Notes: generated by a model from the sequence alone, not told the origin. Shown: positions 39,835 through 54,164, counted from the first letter of the stretch. The stretch is DNA of 64,000 bases from Octopus vulgaris (GCA_951406725.2 OX597820.1:12338001-12402000); one strand, 5' to 3'. Numbers and translations: made by a program.

Positions 39835-39882
39835 ACATAAAAGGAGCAAAAATACTGGAGATTCAATATGCGTCACGTGGCA

Positions 39883-41045
39883 AAATTATGAGTTGAAAAT
39901 ATGTAGAAAACATAAAAAGTGGAAGGGAAATCCCTTCGTTTAATATAGTTTAATATCTTTTTATAAAGAAATCTTTTGAAAATATATACATATTTTATGG
40001 AAGTAGTGATATCCAACCAGTTTTCACTATTTAAATTAGCTTTTCAAGGGACATTGCGAAGTAATCAATTTTTGTGACAAAGGGGTCTTGCCATTTTGGA
40101 TACTTGAAAAATAAGAATGAGTCTAGAGAGTGGACAAATGGAGACAACAGGTGAAAAGGGGGACAACTAACTCTTCAGTATATTTTTTGAAGTAGTCAAG
40201 TTTGTATATTAAGGTGTGGCCTGTACTTTTGTATGAGCAGGTTTTCCTTGTTTAGGCGTTCTTGTAAGGAGATTGAATCTTTGCATTGGTATAGTGGAAA
40301 GATATGGAAATTCGGAATTTTATTTCTTGCGCAACTGTCGATATGTTCGCTCATGGCTATCTGGCTGTATTGAGGAAAACGACTTTGTTCTTTATGCAGC
40401 GTGACTCTGCGTCTCAAAGTAAGGCTCTTTTGGCCCACATAATAGTGGCCACAACCTGAGCAGGATAGGGCATAGATAAGGTTCTGGGAAGCACATGTGA
40501 AGTTAGTCTTAATTGAGAATCTTTCTCTTTGCTGGAATGTGAATTCCGAGCTTTCAGTTAAGTATGGACATGTACCACAATTAGATCGTCTGCATTATTT
40601 AACTGTTGGCATCGTATGTATTGAGTATAGTTTTGCATTTGGTTGAGTAATTTGTGTTGTCTTTTGATTTTGAGGAGTTTATGTGTATTTAGGATGTTGT
40701 TCATTTTCGATTCTTGAGTGAGCAGAGGGAGATTTTGTATTACTGTGTTGTATGCTTCATTGTTTCTGGGGTTGTTGGTTGATATGTATGGGAGTGATTT
40801 AAAGTGAGGTGTGGTGTTTCGTTTTGTTGTGGTTAGTGTGTTTGTGTCCAATTTCTTGGCACGTTTAATGACATAGTCTATAAGTGCAGGGGGTATTGAC
40901 ATTCAATGAGTGTTATTTTGAGGTCATATACGCTAAGTCCACGATTGGTTGTGTTTCTTTATAAAAAGATATTAAACTATGTGAAACGAAGGCATTTCTC
41001 TTCCAATTTTTTTATATACGTTCTCCACATATTTTCAACCTATAA
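39883..41045 (-). mobile_element. Decayed Neptune-type PLE (thumb end, linker, GIY-YIG at ~40196-40950) with 3' pseudo-LTR and inverted 5' partial pseudo-LTR
   Basis: LPYISTNNP...VK*CRRSNCGTCPYL...NFTCASQNLIYALSCSGCGHYYVGQK...RVTLH...SEHI...RLNKENLLIQKYRPHLN. 40954-41045 is an inverted copy of 39883-39971. A degenerate hammerhead lies at 40012-40050(-). Confidence 0.92.
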
Positions 41046-41050
41046 ATATT

Positions 41051-41104
<54 letters not shown>

Positions 41105-41163
41105 CATATATATACCTTTATATACATATATATATACATATATTTATATATATACATATATAT

Positions 41164-41205
<42 letters not shown>

Positions 41206-41232
41206 ATATATATATACATATATACATATATA

Positions 41233-41590
<358 letters not shown>

Positions 41591-41626
41591 ATACAGCCAT
41601 GCCTGCGCCTCCACTCGGCCACGCCT

Positions 41627-41659
<33 letters not shown>

Positions 41660-42644
41660 CATATACATGGAATATATGTATATATATACAACATGCATAT
41701 GAATATGTATTTTCTGTCCTAAATAAATTGTTACACGCATCCATTGCCTTCTCCAAGTTTACTGTTTATATAGTTGTTATAAGTATGAGGAAAAGTTTCT
41801 AAATATACTAAAAGCCCATGACTTGTTAAACTAGTACATAAAAGTTGCACTTATTGTAAATAGTGTTCGCCCTCTCGACGTTGTTGTCATTGTTAGTTTT
41901 ACTGTAGTAGAGTTTGGCTGTATTTTGTGTTTTAAACTTTTTAATTGTGAGTCATGATGGTGTTTTAATTGTATATTATTATATATTCTGTTACTTTCAT
42001 GAAATCTTCTATGACGCTATATGAATGATAGGTATTACAAATACATAGATAAATGTAAGCATTTATGCTTATGTCATCATTCACGCTTATGTGTATATAT
42101 CCATGTAATATTTATGCTTAGACAGTTTACAAAAACAAAATCTTCAGACTGTAAGTAGTTAACAGATTTTCACCGCACATTGCTTGGGAAGGTATGTACC
42201 TCAGTAATATGTTCTTTGTAATCTGCTGTCACTAAATTATCACTTTCTTAGATACTCGTGCTGTAGAACTCGCTCTTTTTTCTTTTGTTGATCTCTGTCG
42301 TTACTCTGATGAACACCCATGTCATCATAATTCCTTTACACCATCGTATGGCTAACCCCTTTTTGAACACCATCCTTATTTTCATCTCAATATTCAACAC
42401 CGTCAAATCCTTCCACCTCTTCCTCCTCCTCCTCATCATCTACAATAACAGCAGTCCTTTAAACATCGTTAAAATTTACTTGTGTCTTTTCATTGTCTCT
42501 CCTTCCGATACTATTTCCTTACACATACTATTCTGTTGACGTCACCACAAGTTTTACAAGCAGCAAGAGCAATGCTGCCGAGAAACTGTATAACGCCTTT
42601 TCTTAATACTCAACTATAACTATTTCTCTCAACTATCACTATTT

Positions 42645-42838
42645 ATGCTTAGCGGTATTTCGTCTGTCGTTACGTTCTGAGTTCAAATTCCGTCGAGGTT
42701 GACATTGCCTTTCATCCTTTCGGGGTCGATAAATAAAGTACCAGTTTCGCACCGGGGGTCGATGTAATTGACTTAATCCGTTTGTCTGTCCTTGTTTATC
42801 CCCTTTATGTTTAGCCCCTTGTGGGCAGTAAAGAAATA
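42645..42838 (+). mobile_element. Deu/Nin-domain SINE, 5'-truncated, with TSD
   Basis: Core gcctttcatcctttcggggtcgataaataaagtaccag. The sequence tataactatttctctc is repeated on both sides. Confidence 0.9.
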
Positions 42839-42961
42839 TATAACTATTTCTCTCGAAATATTGTTGTTGCTTCTGTATGTTTCACTATATGTGAGTATTT
42901 TAAGTCGTGACATAAATAGCAGGATTTCTAATATTATTAATAATTATGGTGACTATTTAAT

Positions 42962-43177
42962 ATCAATTTGAAATTTTAACACAAGGCCAGCAATTTAAGG
43001 GAAGTGGTAAATCGATTAAATCGATCTCAGTGTTTAACTGGTGCTTATTTTATCAACCCTGAAGAATGAAAAGCAAAGTCGTCCTCGGGGGAATTTGAAC
43101 TCAGATCGCAACGACGGACGAAATGCCGCCAAGTGTTTCGCTCGGCACACTGATGATTCTGCTAGCTCACCGCCTTG
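42962..43177 (-). mobile_element. Deu/Nin-domain SINE with TSD gtgactattta
   Basis: Reverse-complement head (ctgctagctcaccgcctt) and core. The 11-bp TSD is at 42949 and 43178. Confidence 0.88.
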
Positions 43178-43239
43178 TGACTATTTACTATTAACCTCTT
43201 TAGTTCATTGAAAATATCTTAGATAGTAGGATACCAGCC

Positions 43240-43578
43240 GTCGTAGCATGGTAAGAATTTTGCTTCCCAACCACATAGTTCCGGGTTCAGTTCCACTGCG
43301 TAGTACATTCGGCCTTGTGAGTGGATTTGGTAGGCGGAAACTGAAAGAAAATTATCACTATATATATATATATGTAATTGTGTGTGAGTGTATCTTTGGC
43401 TCTGTGTTAGTTGCTCACCAGTACTTGAAGAAACGGTGCTGGTGTAGTCACTTTCCCGTAACTTTGCGATTCAGCAAAATAACATTAAATTCTTGGGTCA
43501 ATCTATTCGACTAAAATTCTTCAAGGCAGTTTCCCAGCATGGCCGCAGTCTAAAGACTAACAAGTAAAAGATAAGATA
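43240..43578 (+). mobile_element. Diverged CORE-like SINE
   Basis: ccaaccacatagttccgggttcag..gccttgtgagtggatttggtagg..ccagcatggccgcagtc. Confidence 0.8.
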
Positions 43579-44127
43579 CCAAACATAGAGTAAATAGTGA
43601 TGAACTTGTTTATCCACCGAAAAAATTAACCCCATTATTATTATTCAACGAAGCCGAAAAAATATGTTACTCAAATGTAATAACATGCTTTCTATAAACC
43701 ATGGAACTTTCCTACTAAAGATGTCTTTCTCTTTTATACACAAATTAGAAAGTGTTTCCATTAAGAATATATTCACATTTAAATTATTAATTTTGTTTTA
43801 CGTTTCTTTTTAATGGTTGCTCTAGTCATTACCATTATATAATTTATGAATATTACTGATATCTTTATTTTTACCATTCAAAAAGTCGATAGTAATTTAC
43901 TAATGTCAGTTATTTATGTAGTAGCTACTGATAGTGATGTTGCTACTGCTATTACGGTTTAAGCTTAGATTCTTATCACTTAACAAGAGAAATTTTTTCA
44001 GCGAAATGTGTTATTTGTTGCGCATCTTGATGCTTCTAGTTTACATAGATTTGAGAGCATACGTGGAAAAAGTTTCTAGGTGCGACTGCTAGCAATTAGC
44101 TATCACTGAAGGCTCTTAGAGAAAATA

Positions 44128-44347
44128 AACATTGGTTTCAAAGTTTGGCACAAGGACAGTAATTTGGGTGAAGGGTATAAATCAATTATTTCAATCCGAG
44201 GACTCAGCTGGTACTTATTTTGTCGATCCCGAGAGGATGAAAGGCAAATTCGACCACTGTGGAATTTGAACTCAGAGCGTGTAGAAGGACGCAATACTGC
44301 TAAGCATTTTGCCCGGCGCAGTAATGATTCGGCCAGCTCGCTGCCAT
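44128..44347 (-). mobile_element. Deu/Nin-domain SINE
   Basis: ctggtacttattttgtcgatcccgagaggatgaaaggcaaa..gaatttgaactcaga..gccagctcgctgcc. Confidence 0.88.
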
Positions 44348-44460
44348 AGTTGCAATTAATATGATAATTTATCAAATATATACAGGAAAAGTGTATCCCA
44401 CATTACAGTATGCACGAACTCTGGGCAATCATTAGTTATTATCCATTATTTTAGCATCGG

Positions 44461-44846
44461 TGGAGGCGCAATGGCCCAGTGGTTAGGGCAGCGGACTCGC
44501 GGTCGTAGGATCGCGGTTTCGATTCCCAGACCGGGCGTTGTGAGTGTTTATTGAGCGAAATCACCTAAAGCTCCACGAGACTCCGGTAGGGATGGTGGTG
44601 ATCCCTGCTGTACTCTTTCACCACAACTTTCTCTCACTCTTACTTCCTGTTTCTGTTGTACCTGTATTTCAAAGGGCCGGCCTTGTCACTCTCTGTGTCA
44701 CGCTGAATATCCCTGAGAACTACGTTAAGGGTACACGTGTCTGTGGAGTGCTCAGCCACTTACACGTTAATTTCACGAGCAGGCTGTTCCGTTGATCGGA
44801 TCAACCGGAACCCTCGTCGTCGTCTTTGATCGGAGTGCTTCCGCAC
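44461..44846 (+). mobile_element. Third SINE family, full length, 12-bp TSD
   Basis: ggaggcgcaaTGGCCCAGTGGttaggg..GTTTCGATTCC head. TSD attttagcatcg at 44448 and 44847. Confidence 0.95.
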
Positions 44847-45130
44847 ATTTTAGCATCGAGAAAGCTTGTTTTGCTCCACTAGGCAGATCAGCTTCAGACG
44901 CATTTCGACTAAACAAAGTAATATACAAATCTTTTTAGGTCTAGAAGGTTCATCAGAAGCATGATTATGATAGATTTCTATGTCATGAATCTGACAGCAT
45001 ATATATGATATATGTACATTCAATGGCATTCTTTAATAATGATGGATATTCTTAGTAACAATGGCTACGTGTGCTGGTAAGTGAAGGTATTTTATAAGCA
45101 TTTACTCTTACTAATATTGCACCAATGCGG

Positions 45131-45562
45131 GTCGGTGGGCTTGCAGAATCGTTAGTATGGTGGAAAAACGCTTAGTAGCATTTCGTCCGTAGTTACTTTC
45201 TGAGTTCAAATTCTGCAGAGTTCGATTTTACTTTTCATCTTTTTGGAGTGGATAAAATAAGTAGCAGATGAGCACTGATGTCGATGTAAGCAACTTAGCC
45301 CCTTCCCCCGAAACGGCTGGTGCTATGCCAAAATTTGAAACCAATATTGTACCAGTGCTGAACGGCTTGTTGGCAGAATCGTTAGCACACTGAGCAAAAT
45401 GTTTAGCGGTCTTAATGTTCTTAGTTCAAATGCTGCCAAAGTCGAGCTTGCCCTTCATCATTTCGTGGTCGATAAAATAAGCACCGGTTGAGTCCCTGGG
45501 TCGATGCAACCAACAATCCCTTCACCCGAACTTGCTGGCCTTGTGCCAAAATTTGAAATCAA
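45131..45562 (+). mobile_element. Two head-to-tail Deu/Nin-domain SINEs (~45131-45346 and ~45362-45562)
   Basis: Each has a gcagaatcgttag head, a ttcatc..gataaaataag core and a gccaaaatttgaaa.caatat tail. Confidence 0.8.
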
Positions 45563-46149
45563 TATATAACATTAATATTGTTGTTCTTGCCTTCAAAAAT
45601 GTATTTTGTTGCTGATATTTCTATACGGAAAGCAGGTGACTGAAGATGTTCGATCATAGTGATTTTAATAAAGATCTTTGATCGTATCTCTTCTTGAGGA
45701 AAATTTTCTTTGAGGTTAACGTTGGTCGTCATAATAACCATGTATAGAGTGGAATGCTCCTATCGGTTATTTTGCGTATTAGCAGAAGGCAAATACAGAC
45801 GATTTTTGTGGTTTCATAGTACTGAGCGCAGTTTCATCTTTATTAGAAATATTTACAATGGCGGGGTTATACCTCTATGATTTTGATTGAAAACTTCTTC
45901 CTTAATTGACACTCTTGGCAGTTGATATTTCCCTGCTGAGCCAAGCAGTAGACGGTTAATATTTATTGTTAGCAAACTTCGTGTAGTTGATATGTGTTAT
46001 GTTGTTTACACTCTCACCTCTTTATGCTCTCATCTCTTCCTCTCTCTTTGTCACCCTCACATTTCCCTTCCTTTTTCTCTTTCTTCCTTTTTTTCCCTCT
46101 TCCTTTTTTTCAGTCTTCCTTCTTTTTCTCTCTTCCTGTTTTTAATTTG

Positions 46150-46500
46150 ACCATACAAACACATTCCCAACTTTACAAGACTGTATGCTTGGAATGACCA
46201 ATTATAAACACCATTGGAACTCACACACAAGGTAGAGGAAACTTATATATGCACCATTCTGTTTAAATAATGGAACTGCAGATACAATATCCTTACGTAC
46301 CTCACGTCTATTTTCATTCCTCCACTTCACTCTGTATTTCATATCTTGTCTATAATAACTATTGCTTAAACATTTTCCCGCACCTCCTCTGATGAAGGGA
46401 TATATAAAATATCCCGGAAACAGCTGTAAGAACTTCTCTTTATAAATGTTCTGAAATATTTCACAGTCATGGGTTTTTTAATCTCATTCTGTTACTTTTT
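46150..46500 (+). mobile_element. PLE 3' end and pseudo-LTR (family B)
   Basis: Faint GIY-YIG terminus (KLIYAPFCLN resembles LxTxxPxGLN) followed by a hammerhead. Similar to 38400-38600. Confidence 0.55.
46387..46430 (+). ncRNA. Minimal hammerhead ribozyme (family B) with canonical core
   Basis: CT-CTGATGA-A-GGGATAT(ataaa)ATATCCC-G-GAAAC-AGCT-GTA-AG. Perfect 7-bp stem II, palindromic stem III and GUA triplet, but stem I is only 2 bp. Confidence 0.78.
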
Positions 46501-46515
46501 ATACACACACACACA

Positions 46516-46649
<134 letters not shown>

Positions 46650-46689
46650 CATATTCGCCATGCTGGACCACTGAAATCTATAAGTTTTC

Positions 46690-46820
46690 TTCACTATCGC
46701 TTTGTTTATTTTCTCTTATTCCTTTCTGTTGAAGAGTGTAGGCTCCATAGGTAAAAGACTTTTTCATTTTCCCCAGCGTCAAACTAATACACGTTTGTTT
46801 TTTCTATAAATTTCAACTAT
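46690..46820 (+). mobile_element. Pseudo-LTR related to family A with a destroyed hammerhead
   Basis: CTTT-CTGTTGA-A-GAGT(gtag)GCTC-catag-GTA-AAAG, followed by agcgtcaaactaatac as at 2966. Confidence 0.55.
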
Positions 46821-47414
46821 ATATATATACACACACGTAAGGATACATTCTTACTTTAAAAAAAGATACGTATAATCAAAAGCGCTCTTCAATAAATCAT
46901 ACACCATACAGGAAAATCTTATTATGTAATAAATGTTATTAAATGTTATTAAATGTTTTTCATATGAAAATCATTTTACAGTTCTGATATTCATTTTCGT
47001 AATGCTCTGGAAGCAACGCTTACTACGTGGCATAGTAAACTTTTCTCATATGTACATTTATCTGTGTCTATACACGCATAAGTATGCGCGCACACACACA
47101 CTCACACACACACACTCACACATATGTATGTGCAGGCTTGACTGAGTGGTAAGTGAGCTGTTTCTCAAACACATATTTGCGGATTAAGTCCCACTGCGTG
47201 GCACTGTGGATATGTATCTTATTATCGCCTCAAGCCGATTAAAGCCTTCTGCTTGTATGTATGAATGCATGTGTGTATGTATATATTCCTTGTATATGTT
47301 TAGGTGTTAGATAGTATCAAGTTTGAATTTTGCTGTAATTTGAATTAGTTATGGAAGCTAAATTAATGCCCCACTCTTTTAAAAGGTGTGTTTGTCTATT
47401 CACAACAATATATC

Positions 47415-47474
<60 letters not shown>

Positions 47475-47476
<2 letters not shown>

Positions 47477-47620
47477 CGTAGGAGTAGCTGTGTGGTAAGT
47501 AGCTTGCTTACCAACCACATAGCACCTTGGGCAAGGGTCTTCTACTATAGCCTCGTGTCGACCAAAGCCTTGTGAGTGCATTTGGTAGAAGGAAACTGAA
47601 AGAAGCCCGTCGTATATATG

Positions 47621-47657
<37 letters not shown>

Positions 47658-48005
47658 TTACTCTTTACTCTTTTACTTGCTTCAGTCATTTGATTGTGAT
47701 CATGCTGGAGCACCACCTTTAGTCGAGCAACTCGACCCCAGGACTTATTCTTTGTAAGTCTAGTCAAGCGATGTTGGGGGAACAAACATATACACACATA
47801 CATGTATATATATATATATATGTATATACATATATGTACAACGGACTTGGCTTCTTTCATTTTCTGTCAACCAAATCCACCATCAAGGCTTTGGTCGACC
47901 GAAGGCTATATTAGAAGACACTCGCCTAAGGGGTTACGCAGTGGGGCTGAACCCGGAAACATGTGGTTCGTAAGCAAGCCACTTACCACACAGCTACTCC
48001 TACGT
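47475..48005. mobile_element. Convergent CORE-like SINE pieces: 5' half (+) at 47475-47615 and a (-) copy at 47655-48005
   Basis: 47475-47615 and 47840-48005 are reverse complements of each other (gtaggagtagctgtgtggtaagt / acttaccacacagctactcctac). Confidence 0.85.
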
Positions 48006-48027
48006 CTCTCTCTCTCTCTCTCTCTCT

Positions 48028-48092
<65 letters not shown>

Positions 48093-49350
48093 TATAAACT
48101 TGTAGTAGCAACTTTTATAAGCGAGAGTAATACAAAAAATAAAAGAATAATACAATAAACCTTTGCGAAGCTATTATTTTTACCTATCATGAAATCCACT
48201 CATACTTTATAAGTGCTTTTGAAATGCACTCTCATTGTATAAATACAATACTTTAATAATATTTTAGAATATTTCATTACACGAATTTCTTTCCCTTTTG
48301 TTCGCTTCTTTGGCAACAACCCAGCTTCCCTATTATTCCAAATAACTTTTTACTGTTTTATGGAATAAATTTATGCTAAGAACCATTTTGGATAAACTTC
48401 AAACTATCGTTTTTATTCATATATTATTTTCTTTTAGATTTTTTCTCTATATTTCGCCTTAATTTCAACCACGAATAAGAACGAGAAATATTGTTTTATC
48501 TCCTGCTAAAACGATCATGTAACCTAGTAAAATTTGTTTCACTCAGAACTGTACAATCGATAACAGTAGCATTTCGAATTTGTTTGCACAACTGATATGA
48601 GACCAACAATTCCCGCGGTTGAATATTTCGTCTGTGACATAGTTTCTAAGGACACTTTTACTACTGAGATCTGAGTCCTGAGTTTAACTGGAGCTTAAAT
48701 ATTGCATGGAAGTTAGCTACTGTTAGGTATCTTAAGAGAAAAGTAGCCTTATTGAATACAAACACATATCATTAATAATCAACATACTCGACGTAGTTGT
48801 GACTGGTACATCAAGTTTAAAAATTGTTCCTATCTCTCATAAAAACTAACAGTTTACGTAGTCTTCTTCATATATAATGCAAATTAATGCAATCGCTTAA
48901 GGATACCAGATCCGAAGTAAAGTATTAAAAAATGCCTGCACAATTCATTTCTTGTTCGCGTTTATTTTAGATTCAATAAAGTGTCTCATTCTTAGATTAT
49001 CAGATGGTTAAAGGATTTAATATAGTCAATGCGACATCTGGATTTGAGTTTTTTAGGAGAATTTTCCTAATACTGGAAACATTAGGATGATGAACTACTT
49101 CCATGATTGACACCAGGTTGATGTTTCATTAACAAACTACTTGAGTTCAATATTTATTTTATATTGCACCTTTTATGTGTTCAGGGCATATATTTTCATT
49201 TTGTGTTTTCTTAGAGATATTCACATAACATCGTAATACTAAATTGTTTACATTTACATTCATGTAGGATACTCTAGCAGTTTTTCTGCTGTTTTACATT
49301 TTGTTACATTCAAGTCATATTCTCTATGCTTTAAAGTATATGAGTATTAC

Positions 49351-49731
49351 TGGAGGCGCAATGGCCCAGTGGTTAGGGCAGCGGACTCGCGGTCGTAGGA
49401 TCACGGTTTTGATTCCCAGACCGGGCGTTGTGAGTGTTTATTGAGCGAAATCACCTAAAGCTCCACGAGGCTCCGGCAGGGATGGTGGTGATCCCTGCTG
49501 TACTCTTTCACCACAACTTTCTCTCACTCTCACTTCCTGTTTCTGTTGTACCTGTATTTCAAAGGGCCGGCCTTGTCACTCTCTGTGTCACACTGAATAT
49601 CCCCGAGAACTACGTTAAGGGTACACGTGTCTGTGGAGTGCTCAGCCACTTACACGTTAATTTCACGAGCAGGCTGTTCCGTTGATCGGATCAACCGGAA
49701 CCCTCGTCGTCGTAACCGACGGAGTGCTTCC
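49351..49731 (+). mobile_element. Third SINE family, full length, with TSD
   Basis: Nearly identical to 44461-44846. TSD atgagta[t/a]tact. Confidence 0.95.
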
Positions 49732-50563
49732 ATGAGTAATACTATGCAATATAAATAATAGAGTTTCCTTATGGTATATTGAAGATTCATATGTTATTGT
49801 TTCACTGTGTGTTGCAATTTCATTATTGACAGTTTCTGTAATATATTTCGTCATAGATGCCAAGATGTCATCTATGGTCTAATGCCAGTCTGATATTTAA
49901 CCTTGTTTTACATTATACAGTTGTTAATGGATGCTATTATATATAAAGTACAAGTTACTGCTCAGCTTACATCTGATGTTGATTTGATGCTGATTAGCTA
50001 ACGTGTCAAGTCACGTGCATCACATATATTTTAGAAACATATCTTATTTCAACTTTTTAAGATTTTGTGGTCAATAATACACATCCAGCTTTGTGTGTAC
50101 GTGTGCGTGTGTGTCTGTGTGTGTGTGGGAGTGGTAAGATGCGAATTGATAAGTATTTAGTAAATGGCCAATAATAAATATTACCTAAATCAATGGTTAA
50201 TAATAAAAAAAAACATTGTTTTTCACCATTATCATATGCTTGGCAGTTTCCTTTCTCGATACTCTCAGTTCGGAGTATTTGCGATGAGATTAGTTACCAA
50301 TTATTTTATTGAACTACAACCTGTTCTTTATCATACTGAACCTATATTTAATTATACTTCTCGCTAGATTTACACTTCAACAATATAATCGCTGATCTTA
50401 AAAGGATGAATGCTCATAGAATGGAAATAGATGTTTCAACATCTTAAGAATAAACAAACGTATAAAAGAAATGCGTATCAAATCATTACAACTGCTGGTG
50501 ATATGGCTGCTGCTAGGGTAAACAGTGTGACAAAAGTATATAATTAAAACAAACAAAAAAAGT

Positions 50564-50745
50564 AATATCGGTTTCAAATTTCGGCACAAGGACAGCAATT
50601 GAGGGGAGGAGGCGAGTCGATAACATCAACCCCAGCACACTACTTACTTTATCGATTCTGAAAAGGTGAAAGACAAAATCGACCCCGGTAGCATTTGAAC
50701 TCAGAATGAAAAAAAGACTAATGCTACTAAGCAGTTTGCCAGCTT
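50564..50745 (-). mobile_element. Deu/Nin-domain SINE (diverged)
   Basis: ggtttcaaatttcggcacaagg..ttttatcgattctgaaaaggtgaaag..atttgaactcagaa. Confidence 0.8.
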
Positions 50746-51249
50746 GCAGCTTCAAATAATAATATGAATGATAATGGTAATGATGATGATGCTGTTGTAG
50801 TTGATGTTGCGGAGACTGGATAATTTCATGAGCAAAGGTTTCGTCACCCTACATACATCTCGGATACGCTGGCTATTTTTACTTCTATACCAGTTGAAAC
50901 TGAGTCGAACAGCTAGTACTCATGGCAGTACTGACATTTTAAGGACATTTGGAAATAGTTCCTTGTCCCTGACTTAAATGTCTTCCAGAGGAGACTGCTT
51001 ACACTGTTCTCATCGTCGCTCAGAGCACTTTCCAAGCTATTGCGCACCCCAACTACAAATAATCTAGAGAACGCAATATATTTTCTTGACGTCAGGGTCC
51101 AGTTAACAAACTGCTGTGAGTACCTGACAATAATGCATCAGGATCCAAGCGCCCAACCTCAGTATAAGTTGACTCATGATTGCAACTAGGTCAGTAACGG
51201 AAGACGTGTCTTGCGAAAGGTGCTCATACTAGTTCTACTTAGTTTTCGT

Positions 51250-51900
51250 CGTCGCCGTAGACATAGTCGTCGTCGCTGTCGTCCATGTCGCAGGTACAGA
51301 TATTCCTCCTACAAGTGTGCTAACTTCAGTGCGTTCCTACGTATCATTAGCAACTGCATCTCGAGACCATCATGAACCTGATACTTGTAGTAGGTGAATT
51401 TCCTGACCAAACTTGATTCCTCCATAAGAAATGGAGAAGCTTAAGCTTCAGTCTGGTCAGATATTTCTTAGGACAAGGGTGGATGGTCAGGTGATAGCAT
51501 ATCACCCTTGCGATCAAAGTGTTCACCACTTTGATACCTTTGAGGATATATGCGCTACGGAAGTAGCAGAAGTCGTTTCAGTCGTATAAGTTGTTTCATG
51601 ACGATATATGCAGCTAAGGGCGATTTTAAGAACTTTTTGAATTTGTTTTATTGTGGGAAATGTCTGTGTATTAAATTTAGAAGGACCTTCATTACCTATA
51701 TTAGACTTACTGCTGAAGGAAAGGAGTATGTAAATCCAGTGATCTTCATTCGCTTCGTTATTGTGCTGGTGACCCGGCAAGAGTTATATATGACCTTATC
51801 TTTTATCTCACTCGTCACAAGGATCTCGTTGTATTCAGGAGTTACCCCAATGAAGACCATATTTGTTGAATAATAAGCTTTCTCCAGATTTTAGAACATT
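51250..51900 (-). mobile_element. Degraded L1/Tx1-clade LINE ORF2 post-RT region
   Basis: IKQIQKVLK followed by VNTLIARVICYHLTIHPCPKKYLTRLKLKLLHFLW, resembling the Tx1/L1 pattern GRxxxINTLxxSxxxYxxxxxPxPxxxLxxLxxxxxxFLW. Confidence 0.65.
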
Positions 51901-53344
51901 AATGGTTGTGATTGGATCCTACGTTAATATTTGTGATTTTCTCATTGTTCTTTAAAAATATTAGAACTAAGGTCTCCTGTGATGTCCAGTAAGTGGATGA
52001 TTCTATGATTAGTAGTATACTCAGTTATTTTCACAATGAGTGATCTGAATATAATAATTTATTTTCTTAACCTAATTAACGTGTACAACATTTGCAGCTG
52101 GAAAGTACTTGCGCTTATCCCCTGAGCAAACAGGGGATTATGTCCTATAATTTTCTTCAGAACCCTTCCAGAATTTGTTTATTCCCTTTATTTCTCCCAC
52201 TTCTCTCCACCACTCCATTCCCACTCCCTCTCTCTCTCTCATAGTAAACACCTGATTACTATGTATGTGAACATGCATGTGAGTGTGCACATACGTTTGT
52301 ATGTCACAAATATAGAGAACGCGACAATGAATATAATTCCTTCCGACAATAATAGTGTTTTGAACACGGTGGCGATTAACTTTCGGGCTGACATAGCAAT
52401 AGTTTTGTGTGGGGTTCAAGTCTCTCAGCCGGATGTGAGTCCAAATATGCGTCGGACTTTAAAATAGTAATTGCTTATCTTCTGTCTCAGAACTTTAAAT
52501 TAATTTGAATAATGCATATACGCATGCGCACATGAATATTTTTGTGTGTTTACTTTGCGTACATACTTCCACACACTTCCACACAAAAACATACACACGC
52601 AAACACACAAAGACACACAACACATGCACACAAACATACATACAAACACATACAAACATACACATACATACAGAAACACGCACACACACAAGCACACAGA
52701 GAAACAGACACGTACACAAGTACACACTACCACAGTTACAAAACCTAGATAAATTTATTCGTATGCGTATTATATTTTTCTGTACTTGTACACTCATACG
52801 CTATATCGTTTCATTTCAGACATATGCAGAGACTTCGTACTGGAAATACATGGGCACTGTAAAGAAAAAATCACCTGGATTCGACATCAAATACAACAAA
52901 TAGATATACTTCGGAATTTCCATACTCATTCCGGAATAAGACTTCATCCAGTATATTTACAAAACACAAACCACACAATTCCATGACACGTACTAGATGC
53001 ACAAGAGCTCTCTTAAATCTAAATTTCTTCCTTCTAATATCACTTCTACTTTAACACCTTAAACTAGGTTCATAGAAATTATTGTGGTTGTTAATGTTGT
53101 AGTTATAAATGTTTATACTCTATTATATTAATTTTTCTTCGCCCGATTCCAGAAGGCAACAATTCAAATTTCATCTAAGTAACGTAGTACCAAGTCACTT
53201 ACAAGTTGCCCTTTCCTCTTGAAATAAATAGTCAACGAACGAAGTTTATTAACCATCAAGATATCATCCATCAAGCTAAGAACAAACCAACTAGCCTATG
53301 AATGTTTTGAGACAACCAAGAAGCCTACCAGTCAAGAAATTAAC

Positions 53345-53475
53345 TAACCAACAAATCAACCAATAAACCAACCAATCAACTAACTAACTAATCAATCAAC
53401 CAACCAATCAACCAATCAACCAATCAACTAACCAACCAACCAACCAACCAACCAACCAACCAGCCAACCAAGAAA
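53345..53475. repeat. (CCAA)n/(CAAT)n tetranucleotide array
   Basis: Seen directly. Confidence 0.9.
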
Positions 53476-54164
53476 TCCATCAATCGAGGAACCAAGTTTA
53501 CCCTTCTACTTACTTAGCTTTCCACCAACCTGCCTACTTACCTACTCTCCCCACTAATGGCCAGTTTATCTTAACGCTATCTCCTTCATATAATCTCCAC
53601 CAAAAGCTATCGTAAAACGAAGTACACAGAAAACTCTAAGCAAAATTAATACTACTCTTATATCAACTTACCCGCAATGTCCTCTCCCATCCCGCCTGGT
53701 GATAGGAAGAATAGTGCCATCAGGGTAAGTGCAATAAGGGTAAGTGTCGCACTGTTTTATGTTTGCACATCTTTACACATCCATCACTCTCATAATGAGG
53801 CGGAAGAGATTTTTTTAATATATATAATCGTCTGCTTATATATGCATCGAAATGACTATCCATCAATATAAAACAAATTCTATTTAATTTCCAACACAGA
53901 TACAGGCATACGCACAAACGCACACCGACATAGATATGTGTATGTGTGTTGCAACACACACACATACACACGCACACACACACACACACACACACAAATT
54001 CAGTGAATGCATGTGGTTTGACAGGCTGGGGACAAGAGGATCACTATGTGTCCTTTTCCCTAGTGACATGTCAATTTTGGAGAACCTATGCTTTTGAAAT
54101 TTACATCCCACCTTTGCCACAAGGAAGATTCTTTCTTCCTTCTGGAAGCAAGTATAATTTATTC

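Noticed and set aside
40590-40600. In-frame stop next to the Cys linker as possible selenocysteine
   Set aside because: The codon is TAA rather than TGA and the copy is frameshifted, so this is ordinary decay.
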